Both the position numbers and the translations under genes were made by a program. DNA of 48,749 nucleotides from Rickettsiales bacterium (GTDB lineage Bacteria; Pseudomonadota; Alphaproteobacteria; Rickettsiales; UBA1997). The notes below the pieces were generated by a model. That model saw only the letters and a list, made by a program, of their open reading frames with translations, did not search any database and was not told the origin of the DNA. Location: positions 1 through 48,749 of the forward strand of contig JADHOZ010000001.1 of the NCBI GenBank assembly GCA_016778745.1, given 5' to 3'. Shown here piece after piece: positions 18,004 through 27,353 of this stretch. Each line of letters starts with the position of its first letter. Position 1 is the stretch's first letter.

Positions 18004-18726
18004 TTAAAGACGAAACTCTAAAATAAACTCGCTACCTTTACCAGATTGTGAATTGACACTCACAATTCCATTTTGTGCTTCTACTAATTCTTTAACTACT
18101 GACAGCCCTAATCCAAAGGACTCGGATATATTTTTATGGTTAGTTGAATTAAATTTTGTAAAAATACTGGTTAGGTCTTTTTCATCTATTCCATGTCCTT
18201 GGTCTTTAACTACAATTATTAATTTATCATTTTTTACAAAAGCCTTAATATGAACTGTGGTGTTATTGGGGCTATATTTAATGGCATTATTAATCAAATT
18301 TATCATGACTTGTTTGAGTCTTCGTTTATCCAAATAAACTTGTGGTAAGTTATCTTCTATTTCTACCTTGATGTTGATGTGAGACCGAAAAGCGAAGTCC
18401 CTATTAATTTTAATGGATTTGTTAATTACATCAGAAACATCGATTCTATTATTTAGGTCTATACTGAAATTAGAGAAGCTTTCTTTTTTGAAGAAATATA
18501 ATAAATCACCCAGCATTTCATTTAAATCATAGGCAACTTCTTGAATATCATTTATATATTCTTCGCAGTCTTCTTTTGAGTTTGTTTTATTAAGACTCAT
18601 TTTAATTATTTCAGAAAAACCAATGATGGCATTTAATGGGTTTTTTACTTCGTGAACCACACATGGAATCATCGATAATAAATTTGAGTATCTCACATCT
18701 TTGTCATTATACCTATGATGAGTCAT
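18004..18726 (-). CDS. Sensor-less histidine kinase core (DHp + HATPase_c only)
   Basis: 240 aa. H-box VHEVKNPLNAI starts about 20 aa from the N-terminus. N box NLINNAIKYS, G1 DQGHGI, F box FTKF, G2 GLGLSVVKELV. No TM, PAS or other input domain. No response regulator in the window. Confidence 0.8.
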   Translation of the reverse strand: MTHHRYNDKDVRYSNLLSMIPCVVHEVKNPLNAIIGFSEIIKMSLNKTNSKEDCEEYINDIQEVAYDLNEMLGDLLYFFKKESFSNFSIDLNNRIDVSDVINKSIKINRDFAFRSHINIKVEIEDNLPQVYLDKRRLKQVMINLINNAIKYSPNNTTVHIKAFVKNDKLIIVVKDQGHGIDEKDLTSIFTKFNSTNHKNISESFGLGLSVVKELVEAQNGIVSVNSQSGKGSEFILEFRL

Positions 18727-18841
18727 TGCTAATTTTTAAAAACATTAAAAGAGAGATAATTTGTATTATTAGAATCTCACTCTACTATAAGTCAAATTAA
18801 TAATTTTTATTATTATCATTAAAATAATTCATGATATTGTT

Positions 18842-19771
18842 ATGAGCAGTAAAGATTTTGTGTATAAAAATAATCCATTACAGCAGATAAAGGGTTTTTG
18901 CTATACTGTGCAAGAAAATAGTATGACTAAGGCTGCTCACAAAATCGGCATAACCCAGTCTGCTGTTAGTCATCAAATCAAATCACTTGAGAGGGATTTA
19001 GGAATTGAATTATTCATACGAGAAAAAAACAAAATCTTTTTAACCGAGGAAGGTATTATATTTTATAAACATGCTATTTCTTGTCTATCTGGAATAGAAA
19101 GCTTATTTGTAGATATAAAGAAAAATTTGAGAAATCAACAAAATCAAATTTCCATAGCATCAAATCATGCGGTAATATCGTATGTTTTGCCAAAATACCT
19201 AAAGAAATTTCGCGAAGATGAAAAGTTAATAAAATTTAAAATAAGAAACTTATCTAAACAAGATTGTTTTAATAAAATTCTAAATAACGAAGTCGATATT
19301 GTAATTTATCCAACAACTCAAGATGAAATACCAGACGAATTAGAGTTTTATTCAATGGTAAAATATCAGCCAATTCTACTTACTCATAAACAACATGCCT
19401 TGGCAAATAAGAAAGAAATTACACTAAAAGACGTATCAAAATATAATCTACTTAGAATCGACCCTAATTTAATAACTCTTCCAGGTTTTGAAGAATTGCT
19501 TAAGTCTCATAAAATAAGCTCGTCAATTGAGTTTGAGATGTCTGATTGGGAAATTTTAAAGAAATTTGTTAAAGCTGATTTGGGGGTTGCAATGATATCT
19601 AACATAGTTTTGGAAGGGGAAGAAGAGAAAGACTTATCTCAAATGCATATTACTCAGTATTTTCCTGAAATGGATTATGGTTTTTTTATCAAAAAAGGAA
19701 AAAAATTAGAAGGCGTCCTAGAAAATTTTGTTCGACTACTACAAAGTTACAAGCCATTAGAGGTGCAATAA
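18842..19771 (+). CDS. LysR-family transcriptional regulator
   Basis: 309 aa with an N-terminal HTH (SMTKAAHKIGITQSAVSHQIKSLERDLG) and a C-terminal substrate-binding domain. Divergent from the kinase gene. Confidence 0.85.
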   Translation: MSSKDFVYKNNPLQQIKGFCYTVQENSMTKAAHKIGITQSAVSHQIKSLERDLGIELFIREKNKIFLTEEGIIFYKHAISCLSGIESLFVDIKKNLRNQQNQISIASNHAVISYVLPKYLKKFREDEKLIKFKIRNLSKQDCFNKILNNEVDIVIYPTTQDEIPDELEFYSMVKYQPILLTHKQHALANKKEITLKDVSKYNLLRIDPNLITLPGFEELLKSHKISSSIEFEMSDWEILKKFVKADLGVAMISNIVLEGEEEKDLSQMHITQYFPEMDYGFFIKKGKKLEGVLENFVRLLQSYKPLEVQ

Positions 19772-19814
19772 TAATTTTGCCAAACTTTTGAGATTTAAAT
19801 ATTCTTGTTTAGTT

Positions 19815-19844
19815 TACATCTATTGGCGAAATAATCTAGATGTA
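19815..19844. promoter_or_regulatory. Dyad TACATCTA-N14-TAGATGTA upstream of the cupin gene
   Basis: 8-bp perfect inverted repeat 39-68 nt upstream of the 19883 start, directly downstream of the LysR gene. Candidate operator or terminator-like hairpin. Confidence 0.3.
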
Positions 19845-19882
19845 GGGAGTGCAGAAAAAAATCAAATATTATCCTAATTAAA

Positions 19883-21036
19883 ATGAGAACAGCATACTTT
19901 ACAAAGTTACCAAGGAGACAAAACATCAATCGCACTTTAAGTTCAATGTTGGATGGTATGGGTATAGGATATGCGTCAATATATCAAGCTCGATTATATT
20001 CCAGTGAGTCCGGTGATGATTTGCCAATGCAATATACAAAAATAAAAGATGTTGAAAATGATGAAATTAATAGGTTTAGTGTTATACCAGCTAAATTACA
20101 AAAATATCCTAAAGGTTTGTTAATAGATCCTAGACAGAAAAAAGTTTTTCAAATTGCTAATCAAGATATATCATTATCTCCTCAAGATACAATGAGACAA
20201 TTAGTGGTTTTCTCAAAAGATGGTATAGACATAAAATACGCAAAGAGGGGTGTCGCGGCATCGAGATCAGAATCATTAGAAGAGATGTTAAAAAAGGTAC
20301 CTTTTCCATACCTAGAGATTCATTTGGTGTGCTTGATATACAAGAACACGTCCCTTTTAGAATTGATACTAAAGATGAGCAATCGTTCGTCATTTCATCT
20401 AGTCAATTATTGGAAGTTCCTACCTTTGAAGAAAATATTTCAAGATATAATTTAGTGAAAATTATAGATATACCACCAGAGACTGCAAAAATACTTTCTA
20501 TCAATTTACAAAGAGCCATATACGAAGATAAAAATAATGAATATTTTTATGAAGAAGTAACCGCAAAAAAATATTCACCAACAAAATATAATAGAAGCAG
20601 TGGTACATTAATGAATTTTGAAACAGATTTATTAGGAGTTGAGCGAAGAACAGAATCACATTATCACCCAGGCGAAAGAAGTTTGTATATAGTTACTACC
20701 AATAAGACAGCGGGAGTAACTCTTAATTTTTGCGGTATAGTTGAAAGCCCGGACGATAGAAAGGATTGTGAAGTAAAACTGGAGTTCCCAAAAAACTCAA
20801 TTTTATCTCTAAATTTTCCACCCTATACTCACCATAAATTTAATGGAGAGTTTATCTGCATGAGTATACACCCAAGAGAAGGAGCGAATCTAATAGAATC
20901 ATTAGAAAACGGCACTTTGCCTAAAGGATTTCTTGAAAGTGCTACTGTTTTCTCCCCCAAGGGCGAGAGTTGGAGAGTGAGTAACCCGGAAGCTCATGAT
21001 ACACAAAGCAGAGATGCTTCTTCAGGCAGATCGTAA
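19883..21036 (+). CDS. Cupin-domain protein encoded in two overlapping frames (19883-20455 and 20161/20329-21036), joinable at 20290-20296
   Basis: The C-terminal part has cupin motifs ESHYHPGERSLYIV and FPPYTHHKFNGEF. The zero-frame tail after 20296 looks like out-of-frame junk. A -1 change at A_AAA_AAG gives a continuous 384-aa product. The stop codon abuts the 3' end of tRNA-Arg. Confidence 0.45.
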
Positions 21037-21113
21037 TGGCGCACCCGAGAGGATTCGAACCCCTAACCTTCTGATCCGTAGTCAGATGCTCTATCCAGTT
21101 GAGCCACGGGTGC
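21037..21113 (-). tRNA. tRNA-Arg (ACG), CCA encoded
   Basis: Reverse complement is GCACCCGTGGCTCAACTGGATAGAGCATCTGACTACGGATCAGAAGGTTAGGGGTTCGAATCCTCTCGGGTGCGCCA. Anticodon loop is CTACGGA. Confidence 0.9.
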
Positions 21114-21115
21114 AT

Positions 21116-21281
21116 TTAGATAATTTATTAAGCTAAAGATTTACTCTTCTTCTTAAATTTCCATTAATTCCTTTTCTTGCTTTCGCTCGAAGAGAATTAA
21201 TGGTCTGGGTTTGCGTCGTTTTACTCCTGAACCCGTTTTTAACTAAAATTGATTATTAATCAATTTTTTAACGTTAAAAAC
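21116..21281 (-). ncRNA. tRNA-linked structured element, copy 2 (unclassified candidate ncRNA or miniature mobile element)
   Basis: In tRNA orientation it aligns with 5537-5666. P1 is 21273-21281 pairing with 21235-21243 (GTTTTTAAC/GTTAAAAAC). P2 is the palindrome at 21245-21267. P3 is 21194-21203 pairing with 21161-21170 (CCATTAATTC/GAATTAATGG). It shares the same conserved blocks. Confidence 0.6.
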
Positions 21282-21306
21282 CTATCCAGTTGAGCCACGG
21301 GTGCAT
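21282..21306 (-). repeat. Upstream copy of a direct repeat: 2 nt of leader plus the first 23 nt of tRNA-Arg
   Basis: CTATCCAGTTGAGCCACGGGTGCAT at 21282-21306 is identical (25 of 25) to 21091-21115. Confidence 0.9.
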
Positions 21307-21366
21307 ATTAGTAGTTATATTGTGAAGGAGAGAGTTGCAAACCCCGGCCCACAATAAATATAAAGT

Positions 21367-22407
21367 TTAAGTTTTTACTGCTTTCTTAGCTTCAGCTTCT
21401 ACTTCAACAGCTTCTTCAACTGTTTGTTTAGAAAGTTTTTTTCTAATTTTAACTTCAATTTCTTCAGCTATTTTTGGATTTTCTTTAAGATATTTTTTTG
21501 TATTTTCTTTTCCTTGGCCAATTTTATTTGAATCATAAGCGTACCAAGATCCAGATTTTTCTAATATGTCTAGTTTTACGCCTTGGTCAACAATTTCACC
21601 AAGTCGTGAAACGCCTTCACCATAAATTATTTCAAATTCTGCGGTTCTAAAAGGAGAGGCTACTTTGTTTTTTACTACCTTTACCCTCGTTTCATTTCCT
21701 AGAATTTCTTCCTTATCTTTAATGGCAGTTCCTTTTCTAATATCCAGTCTGACTGAGGCATAAAATTTAAGAGCGTTACCTCCAGTTGTTGTTTCAGGAT
21801 TACCAAACATAACGCCAATTTTCATTCTAATTTGGTTAATGAAAATCACAGTTGCATTTGTCTTAGAAACTGTCGAGGTTAGTTTTCTAAGCGCCTTACT
21901 CATTAATCTAGCTTGTAAGCCCATCTGGTTATCACCCATTCCACCCTCTAATTCAACTTGCGGAACTAGAGCCGCGACTGAGTCAATAACAATTAAATCC
22001 ATTGCACCGGATCTAACTAATGTATCAGCAATTTCTAAAGCAGCCTCACCATTATCTGGCTGAGAAATAATCATTTCTTCAAGGTTAATACCCAAATTCT
22101 TTGCATAAACTGGATCAAATGCATGTTCAGCGTCAATAAAAGCACAAGACAGGCCTTTTTTTTGTGCTTCAGCAATGGCATGTAAGGTTAGAGTGGTTTT
22201 ACCAGAGCTTTCTGGGCCATAAATTTCAACAATTCTGCCTCTTGGATAGCCGCCAACCCCAAGAGCAACGTCCAGAGATAGAGATCCGCTTGGGATAACT
22301 TCAATATCTTGAATAGGTTTTGAACCATATTTCATGGCAGAGCCTTTTCCAAATTCTTTATCAATTTGTGCTAATGCTGCATCTAATGCTTTCTTTCTAT
22401 CGCTCAT
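21367..22407 (-). CDS. recA: Recombinase A
   Basis: 346 aa with Walker [10 protein letters not shown] and full-length RecA similarity. Confidence 0.97.
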   Translation of the reverse strand: MSDRKKALDAALAQIDKEFGKGSAMKYGSKPIQDIEVIPSGSLSLDVALGVGGYPRGRIVEIYGPESSGKTTLTLHAIAEAQKKGLSCAFIDAEHAFDPVYAKNLGINLEEMIISQPDNGEAALEIADTLVRSGAMDLIVIDSVAALVPQVELEGGMGDNQMGLQARLMSKALRKLTSTVSKTNATVIFINQIRMKIGVMFGNPETTTGGNALKFYASVRLDIRKGTAIKDKEEILGNETRVKVVKNKVASPFRTAEFEIIYGEGVSRLGEIVDQGVKLDILEKSGSWYAYDSNKIGQGKENTKKYLKENPKIAEEIEVKIRKKLSKQTVEEAVEVEAEAKKAVKT

Positions 22408-22426
22408 AATTTTTGTAGTTTGTGGT

Positions 22427-22455
22427 TGAAAAAATGCCAGTACTAGACTGGCATT
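22427..22455 (-). terminator. Rho-independent terminator after sucD
   Basis: AATGCCAGT (22433-22441), loop ACTAG, ACTGGCATT (22447-22455). On the reverse strand it is followed by a T6 run (A-run at 22429-22434 on the forward strand). Confidence 0.7.
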
Positions 22456-22462
22456 TGAGAAA

Positions 22463-23344
22463 TTATTTTAATAATTCGATCATGGTTTTTCCAAGAGTCG
22501 CTGGACTATCAGCGACTGCGATATCGGCAGATTTCATGGCATCAATTTTATCCTCAGCGCCACCTTTGCCGCCAGAAATAATAGCACCAGCGTGACCCAT
22601 TCTTCGTCCCGGGGGTGCTGTTCTACCTGCAATGAAGCCAACGCAAGGTTTTTTACGACCTTTTTTAGCTTCAGATTTTAAGAATTCAGCAGCTTCTTCT
22701 TCATCAGTTCCGCCAATTTCACCAATCATGATCATAGCTTCTGTTTCATCGTCCCCCAAGAATAAATCTAGACAATCAATAAAGTTGGTTCCATTGACTG
22801 GGTCGCCACCAATACCAATACAAGTACTTTGACCGAAACCCGCTTTTGTAGTTTGGTGAACTGCTTCATAAGTAAGGGTACCAGATCTGGAAACAATACC
22901 AATTTTACCTTTTTTGTGAATGTGGCCTGGCATAATACCAATTTTACACTCGTCAGGAGTGATGATTCCTGGGCAATTTGGACCGATTAATCTTGAATTA
23001 GAACCAGCTAATGCTTTCTTTACTTTAACCATATCAAGAACCGGAATACCTTCCGTGATACAAACGATCAATTCAATTCCTGCCTCAATAGCTTCAATAA
23101 TTGCATCCGCCGCAAATGGAGGGGGAACATAAATGACTGATGCATTGCAATCAGTTTTTTTTCTAGCGTCAAAAACTGAGTCAAAAACTGGTAGACCTAG
23201 ATGTTCTTGACCACCTTTTCCTGGAGTTACACCGCCAACCATTTGAGTGCCGTAAGCAATGGCTTGTTCAGAGTGGAAAGTGCCTTGTGCCCCTGTGAAG
23301 CCTTGGCAAATTACTTTTGTGTTTTTATTTACTAATACTGACAT
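22463..23344 (-). CDS. sucD: Succinate-CoA ligase subunit alpha
   Basis: 293 aa with CoA-binding GFTG and the phosphohistidine loop context MGHAGAI. Confidence 0.95.
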   Translation of the reverse strand: MSVLVNKNTKVICQGFTGAQGTFHSEQAIAYGTQMVGGVTPGKGGQEHLGLPVFDSVFDARKKTDCNASVIYVPPPFAADAIIEAIEAGIELIVCITEGIPVLDMVKVKKALAGSNSRLIGPNCPGIITPDECKIGIMPGHIHKKGKIGIVSRSGTLTYEAVHQTTKAGFGQSTCIGIGGDPVNGTNFIDCLDLFLGDDETEAMIMIGEIGGTDEEEAAEFLKSEAKKGRKKPCVGFIAGRTAPPGRRMGHAGAIISGGKGGAEDKIDAMKSADIAVADSPATLGKTMIELLK

Positions 23345-23362
23345 TTATTCTTCCTATTTTGA

Positions 23363-24532
23363 TTATTTAACTGCGTTGACAATTTTTTCAGCTGCATCAG
23401 CTAAATCATCAGCAGCAATAATATCTAAATCAGATTTAGCTAAAATTTCTTTACCTAAATCAACATTCGTTCCTTCTAATCTAACAACTAAAGGAACGTC
23501 GAGATTAACCTCCTTAGCCGCTTCTAAAATACCGTTAGCGATAATGTCACAACGCATAATTCCACCGAAGATATTAACTAAAAGACCTTCAACATTTTCA
23601 TCAGATAAAATAATTTTGAAAGCTTCGGTAACTTTTTCTCTAGTTGCACCGCCGCCAACATCTAAGAAATTAGCGGGAGACGAGCCATAAAGTTGAATAA
23701 TATCCATAGTCGCCATTGCAAGACCAGCACCGTTAACCATACAACCAATTTTACCATCCATTTTGATATAGTTTAAATCATATTTAGACGCTTCAATTTC
23801 TAGAGGTTCTTCTTCGTCTAAGTCACGAAGTTCGGCTATTTCTTTTTGGCGATAAAGTGCATTTGAATCAAAATTAATTTTTGCATCCAGTGCAATAATG
23901 TCTCCTTCCTCAGTTTCAACTAGGGGGTTAATTTCAATTTGAGAAGCGTCTGTTTCGTTGAATGCTTTATATAAAGCAAAAACTAATTTAATAAAACTTT
24001 TTAGAGTGTCGCCTTTTAAACCGAGGCCAAAACCTAATTTTCTGGCGTGGCATCCTTGGATTCCGGTTGCAACATCAATGGTTGTGGTAATAATTTTTTC
24101 TGGCTCTTTTTCAGCTACTTCTTCAATTTCCATTCCGCCCTCGGTAGAAGCCATGAAAACCACAGACTTAGTTTGTCTATCAACGACAGCCGATAAATAA
24201 TATTCTTTTTTGATATTTGAACCTGATTCAATATAAAGTCTCTTAACTTCTTTTCCTTCTGGCCCAGTTTGATGAGTTTTTAAGATCATTCCTAAAATTT
24301 CTTCAGATTTTTCTTTAACTTCAGCAACTGATTTAACAACTTTTACACCGCCGGCTTTACCACGTCCGCCTGCGTGAATTTGGGCCTTAACAACAAAAAC
24401 TTTATTACCATCAGCTTCTAATTTTTTTGCCGCGTCTACTGCTTCCTCAACTGTGAATGCCGGATAACCCACCGGAACTGCTACGCCAAACTTTTTCAAC
24501 AAAGTTTTAGCCTGATATTCGTGTATATTCAT
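23363..24532 (-). CDS. sucC: Succinate-CoA ligase (ADP-forming) subunit beta
   Basis: 389 aa. Begins MNIHEYQAK and has an ATP-grasp fold. Lies directly upstream of sucD. Confidence 0.95.
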   Translation of the reverse strand: MNIHEYQAKTLLKKFGVAVPVGYPAFTVEEAVDAAKKLEADGNKVFVVKAQIHAGGRGKAGGVKVVKSVAEVKEKSEEILGMILKTHQTGPEGKEVKRLYIESGSNIKKEYYLSAVVDRQTKSVVFMASTEGGMEIEEVAEKEPEKIITTTIDVATGIQGCHARKLGFGLGLKGDTLKSFIKLVFALYKAFNETDASQIEINPLVETEEGDIIALDAKINFDSNALYRQKEIAELRDLDEEEPLEIEASKYDLNYIKMDGKIGCMVNGAGLAMATMDIIQLYGSSPANFLDVGGGATREKVTEAFKIILSDENVEGLLVNIFGGIMRCDIIANGILEAAKEVNLDVPLVVRLEGTNVDLGKEILAKSDLDIIAADDLADAAEKIVNAVK

Positions 24533-24620
24533 GATTTACTTGAATTGGATTTATTCTTAAATTAAAAAGAGGGCGCTGACTCTAGCAGAGTGTTTTTTAC
24601 ATCGCAATTAATTTATTCGT

Positions 24621-25313
24621 ATGAACGGTAAAAAAATTCTAATTACTAAGGACCAAAAAAGATCGAAAAATTTAGAAGGCATATTAAAGAAATATCATTA
24701 CCACGTGCATTTTTCTCCTTTATTCGATGTTAAATATTTAAATAATACCATAACAGATCAAGATTTTGGTGCAGTAATAGTCACGAGCGCCATTGTTGTT
24801 GCTCCACTCACCGAAATTAGTTTGGATAAAAATATTAGAATTTTTTCCGTTGGCAAATTTACTACCCTAGAATTAAAAAATGCTGGCTTTACCAATATAA
24901 AAACTGCTCCAAATCAAGATGCAAATTCGTTAAAAGAGTTAGTGATTTCTGATTATAAAGAAAATAAAGAAATCTTATACTTATGTGGTGATAAAATAAC
25001 GTTGGATTTTAAAAGGGAGTTAGCAGAATTTAATATTAAGGTTCGCCAATATGTATCATATCAAACCAACCCAAGAACTGAAATTAACAAAGATATTTGT
25101 GGTGTTACATTTGACTATATACTAATTTTTTCTAAAAATAGTGCTAAAATTTTCTTAAACTTGGTCAACCAAAATCAAGAATTAAAAGATAATTTTAAGC
25201 TTGCAAAAATCTTATGTTTATCTAACAAGATTGCAGATGAATTTCAAAATTCAGACTTTAAGAATATTAGTAATTTTTCTGAATTAGATATTCTTCAAAA
25301 ACATTATTTATGA
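24621..25313 (+). CDS. hemD: Uroporphyrinogen-III synthase (HEM4 family), divergent
   Basis: 230 aa with the two-lobe HemD-like pattern (ILITK...AVIVTSA...IFSVG). Context with the Mic60-like and HemY-like genes, and an ATGA overlap with the next gene. Confidence 0.55.
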   Translation: MNGKKILITKDQKRSKNLEGILKKYHYHVHFSPLFDVKYLNNTITDQDFGAVIVTSAIVVAPLTEISLDKNIRIFSVGKFTTLELKNAGFTNIKTAPNQDANSLKELVISDYKENKEILYLCGDKITLDFKRELAEFNIKVRQYVSYQTNPRTEINKDICGVTFDYILIFSKNSAKIFLNLVNQNQELKDNFKLAKILCLSNKIADEFQNSDFKNISNFSELDILQKHYL

Positions 25314-26200
25314 AAAAGATGCTTAAGAGAATTAAAGAATTAAATATAGAAAAGAAATTCGCCAAAAAAATCTTCTTTTTGTTTGCATTAGCAGCTATTT
25401 TTTATATGGCAATTTACGGACATGAATACTATCAAGACAAAAAAGCTATTAACGAAAGAGTTTTGGTCATTAAAGAACAAATTGCTAAGAAAAAAGTTGC
25501 AAAATTTGATAATGTTGAAAGTAAAATCTTTGATTTGAGCGAAGATGATAGCGAAGTCAAAATAATTGATTTGGAAGATTTATCAAATAATAAAAATCAA
25601 GATAAAATCATCGAAGAAGATAAAATGACGAATCTTGAAAAAGAAATTGCTGATCTAAAATTAAAATATGAGCAACTACATAATCAAAATCTAAAAACGG
25701 CAACTATTATTTCTTATGTTCATTTAAGACAAAAGATATTTTCTAATTCCAAAAACTTCTATGAAGAATTGAAGAATTTTGATTTACTAAGCCAAGATGA
25801 TGTTTTCTTAAGAGAAAAGTTAGCTCACTTAAAATCTCATCTCAGAGGCAGAGTGTCACAAGAAGAATTAATAACAAGGTTTGAACAAATAGCTGACAAA
25901 ATAGCTGCCAATAAAGAAATAATAGCGGATTCTAACTTTTTAAAGAAAGTAAAAGAAAACTTATTTAAACTAATAATTATAAGAAGAATTGATAGTCCAA
26001 ATGAAAATAACATTGATGGACAGCTAGTGTTAATTTCTAGAAGTTTGCAACATTATGACTATCATAAAGCGAATAGAATGTTATTGGCTATGGATAATGA
26101 ATATAAAATAATTGCAGCGCCTTTAATAATGGATCTTAACTTTATGATTGCCTTACAGCGAATAGATAACGAGATTTTAAACTATTTAAATAAGCAATAA
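25310..26200 (+). CDS. Alphaproteobacterial Mic60 (mitofilin)-like membrane protein
   Basis: 296 aa with an N-terminal TM (IFFLFALAAIFYMAIYG) and a coiled-coil-prone middle (EKEIADLKLKYEQLHNQ). It sits between hemD and a hemY-like gene, the reported conserved context of alphaproteobacterial Mic60. Confidence 0.45.
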   Translation: MKKMLKRIKELNIEKKFAKKIFFLFALAAIFYMAIYGHEYYQDKKAINERVLVIKEQIAKKKVAKFDNVESKIFDLSEDDSEVKIIDLEDLSNNKNQDKIIEEDKMTNLEKEIADLKLKYEQLHNQNLKTATIISYVHLRQKIFSNSKNFYEELKNFDLLSQDDVFLREKLAHLKSHLRGRVSQEELITRFEQIADKIAANKEIIADSNFLKKVKENLFKLIIIRRIDSPNENNIDGQLVLISRSLQHYDYHKANRMLLAMDNEYKIIAAPLIMDLNFMIALQRIDNEILNYLNKQ

Positions 26201-27217
26201 ATGATTAGGTTAATTATCTTAATATTATTAATATTTGTCATCTCATCAGCATTAGTGTGGATGATCGAAAATAATGGGTCTTTAGAGATAGTGTGGCTTG
26301 GATATTTGATCAAGACAGATATTTTAACGTCACTAATCATAGTGGCATTGCTTTACGTAGCTCTCGCCATATTTTGGAAAATAATATCAGGGATATTTAG
26401 TGTAAATCTAAAAGCATTATTTAGTCCAAATAAGCTAAAAAAATTATCAAAATTACTACAAAAAGATGAGCAGTCTTTTAATATGATATTAAGCATCCTA
26501 CAAAATCTTGAAAATGGTGACAATAAAGAAGCATTACAAAATCATAAGCAACTTACCAAAACTAGCAACAATGAAGAGTTGAATGACTTTTTATTAGCTA
26601 AAATATATTACTGTTTAGAAGATTACAAAAAATCACAAGAAATAGCTAGCAAGCTAGAAAATTCAGAATCATCAATTCTGATATTGGCCAGTGAATTAGA
26701 GTTAGCTTTGAAGAAAAAAGATAAAACAAATATCTCACACTTAGTCGATGAAATAATTGAAAAAAGTCCTCATGATTCACAAAGTAAGACTCTAAAAAAA
26801 GCAATAGATTTAAAAATAAGAGACCTTATTGCCCTTCGTCAATATCAAGAAGCTAAAGATGTATTAAAAGAGAGAAAAATGTTAAAGCAAGATCCCGAAT
26901 TAATAGAATTATTCGTTTTAGTCAATAATGCTCTTGCTTCGGAAGCGTTTGAAAAAAAGAGTTTTATTAGCGCAATTCACCTAGCCAACAAAGCGTTAAA
27001 ATTTGATGAAAATCACATTTCATCGCATGAAATAAAAATAAAATCTTGGTTAGCACTTGGTTTTGTAATGAAGGCAAGAAGTGACGCAAAAAAACAATTT
27101 AAAAAGACAAAAAAAGAGATATTTGTGACGTTATTTTCTGACTCTTATCAGGGGCAATCAGAGGCAAAAATTACCAAAGCAATACAAAAATTTGTTGGGA
27201 CTAGTAAAATAAAATGA
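26201..27217 (+). CDS. HemY N-terminal domain / TPR-like membrane protein
   Basis: 338 aa with two N-terminal TM helices followed by a helical-repeat region. Its ATG immediately follows the upstream TAA. Confidence 0.5.
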   Translation: MIRLIILILLIFVISSALVWMIENNGSLEIVWLGYLIKTDILTSLIIVALLYVALAIFWKIISGIFSVNLKALFSPNKLKKLSKLLQKDEQSFNMILSILQNLENGDNKEALQNHKQLTKTSNNEELNDFLLAKIYYCLEDYKKSQEIASKLENSESSILILASELELALKKKDKTNISHLVDEIIEKSPHDSQSKTLKKAIDLKIRDLIALRQYQEAKDVLKERKMLKQDPELIELFVLVNNALASEAFEKKSFISAIHLANKALKFDENHISSHEIKIKSWLALGFVMKARSDAKKQFKKTKKEIFVTLFSDSYQGQSEAKITKAIQKFVGTSKIK

Positions 27218-27353
27218 TGAATTTTTTAAATAAATCATCTAAAACAATTCTTCTTAGAAAAAAGGGGCAATCAAGATTTGTAAAAAATCATAACTAACTG
27301 ATACATCGTTATGTGTCTCTCTCGAGTGCTATTAATTTATCTTAAAAACAAAT

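Noticed and set aside
20297-20360. Downstream stimulatory stem-loop or upstream SD-like element that would support a dnaX-type programmed -1 frameshift.
   Set aside because: Only weak 4-5 bp pairings (GGTA...TACC) are present, with no clear internal GGAG upstream. The programmed-frameshift reading therefore remains a hypothesis alongside a simple A-run indel.
23259-23690. 143-aa forward-strand ORF across the sucC/sucD junction. Similar long antisense ORFs occur at 12527-12871, 37482-37862, 39844-40347 and 43488-43868.
   Set aside because: All lie entirely antisense to well-supported conserved genes (sucC/D, sucB, asmA-like, typA, dnaJ). They have low-complexity or junk-like translations with no recognisable motifs, so they are most likely shadow ORFs.
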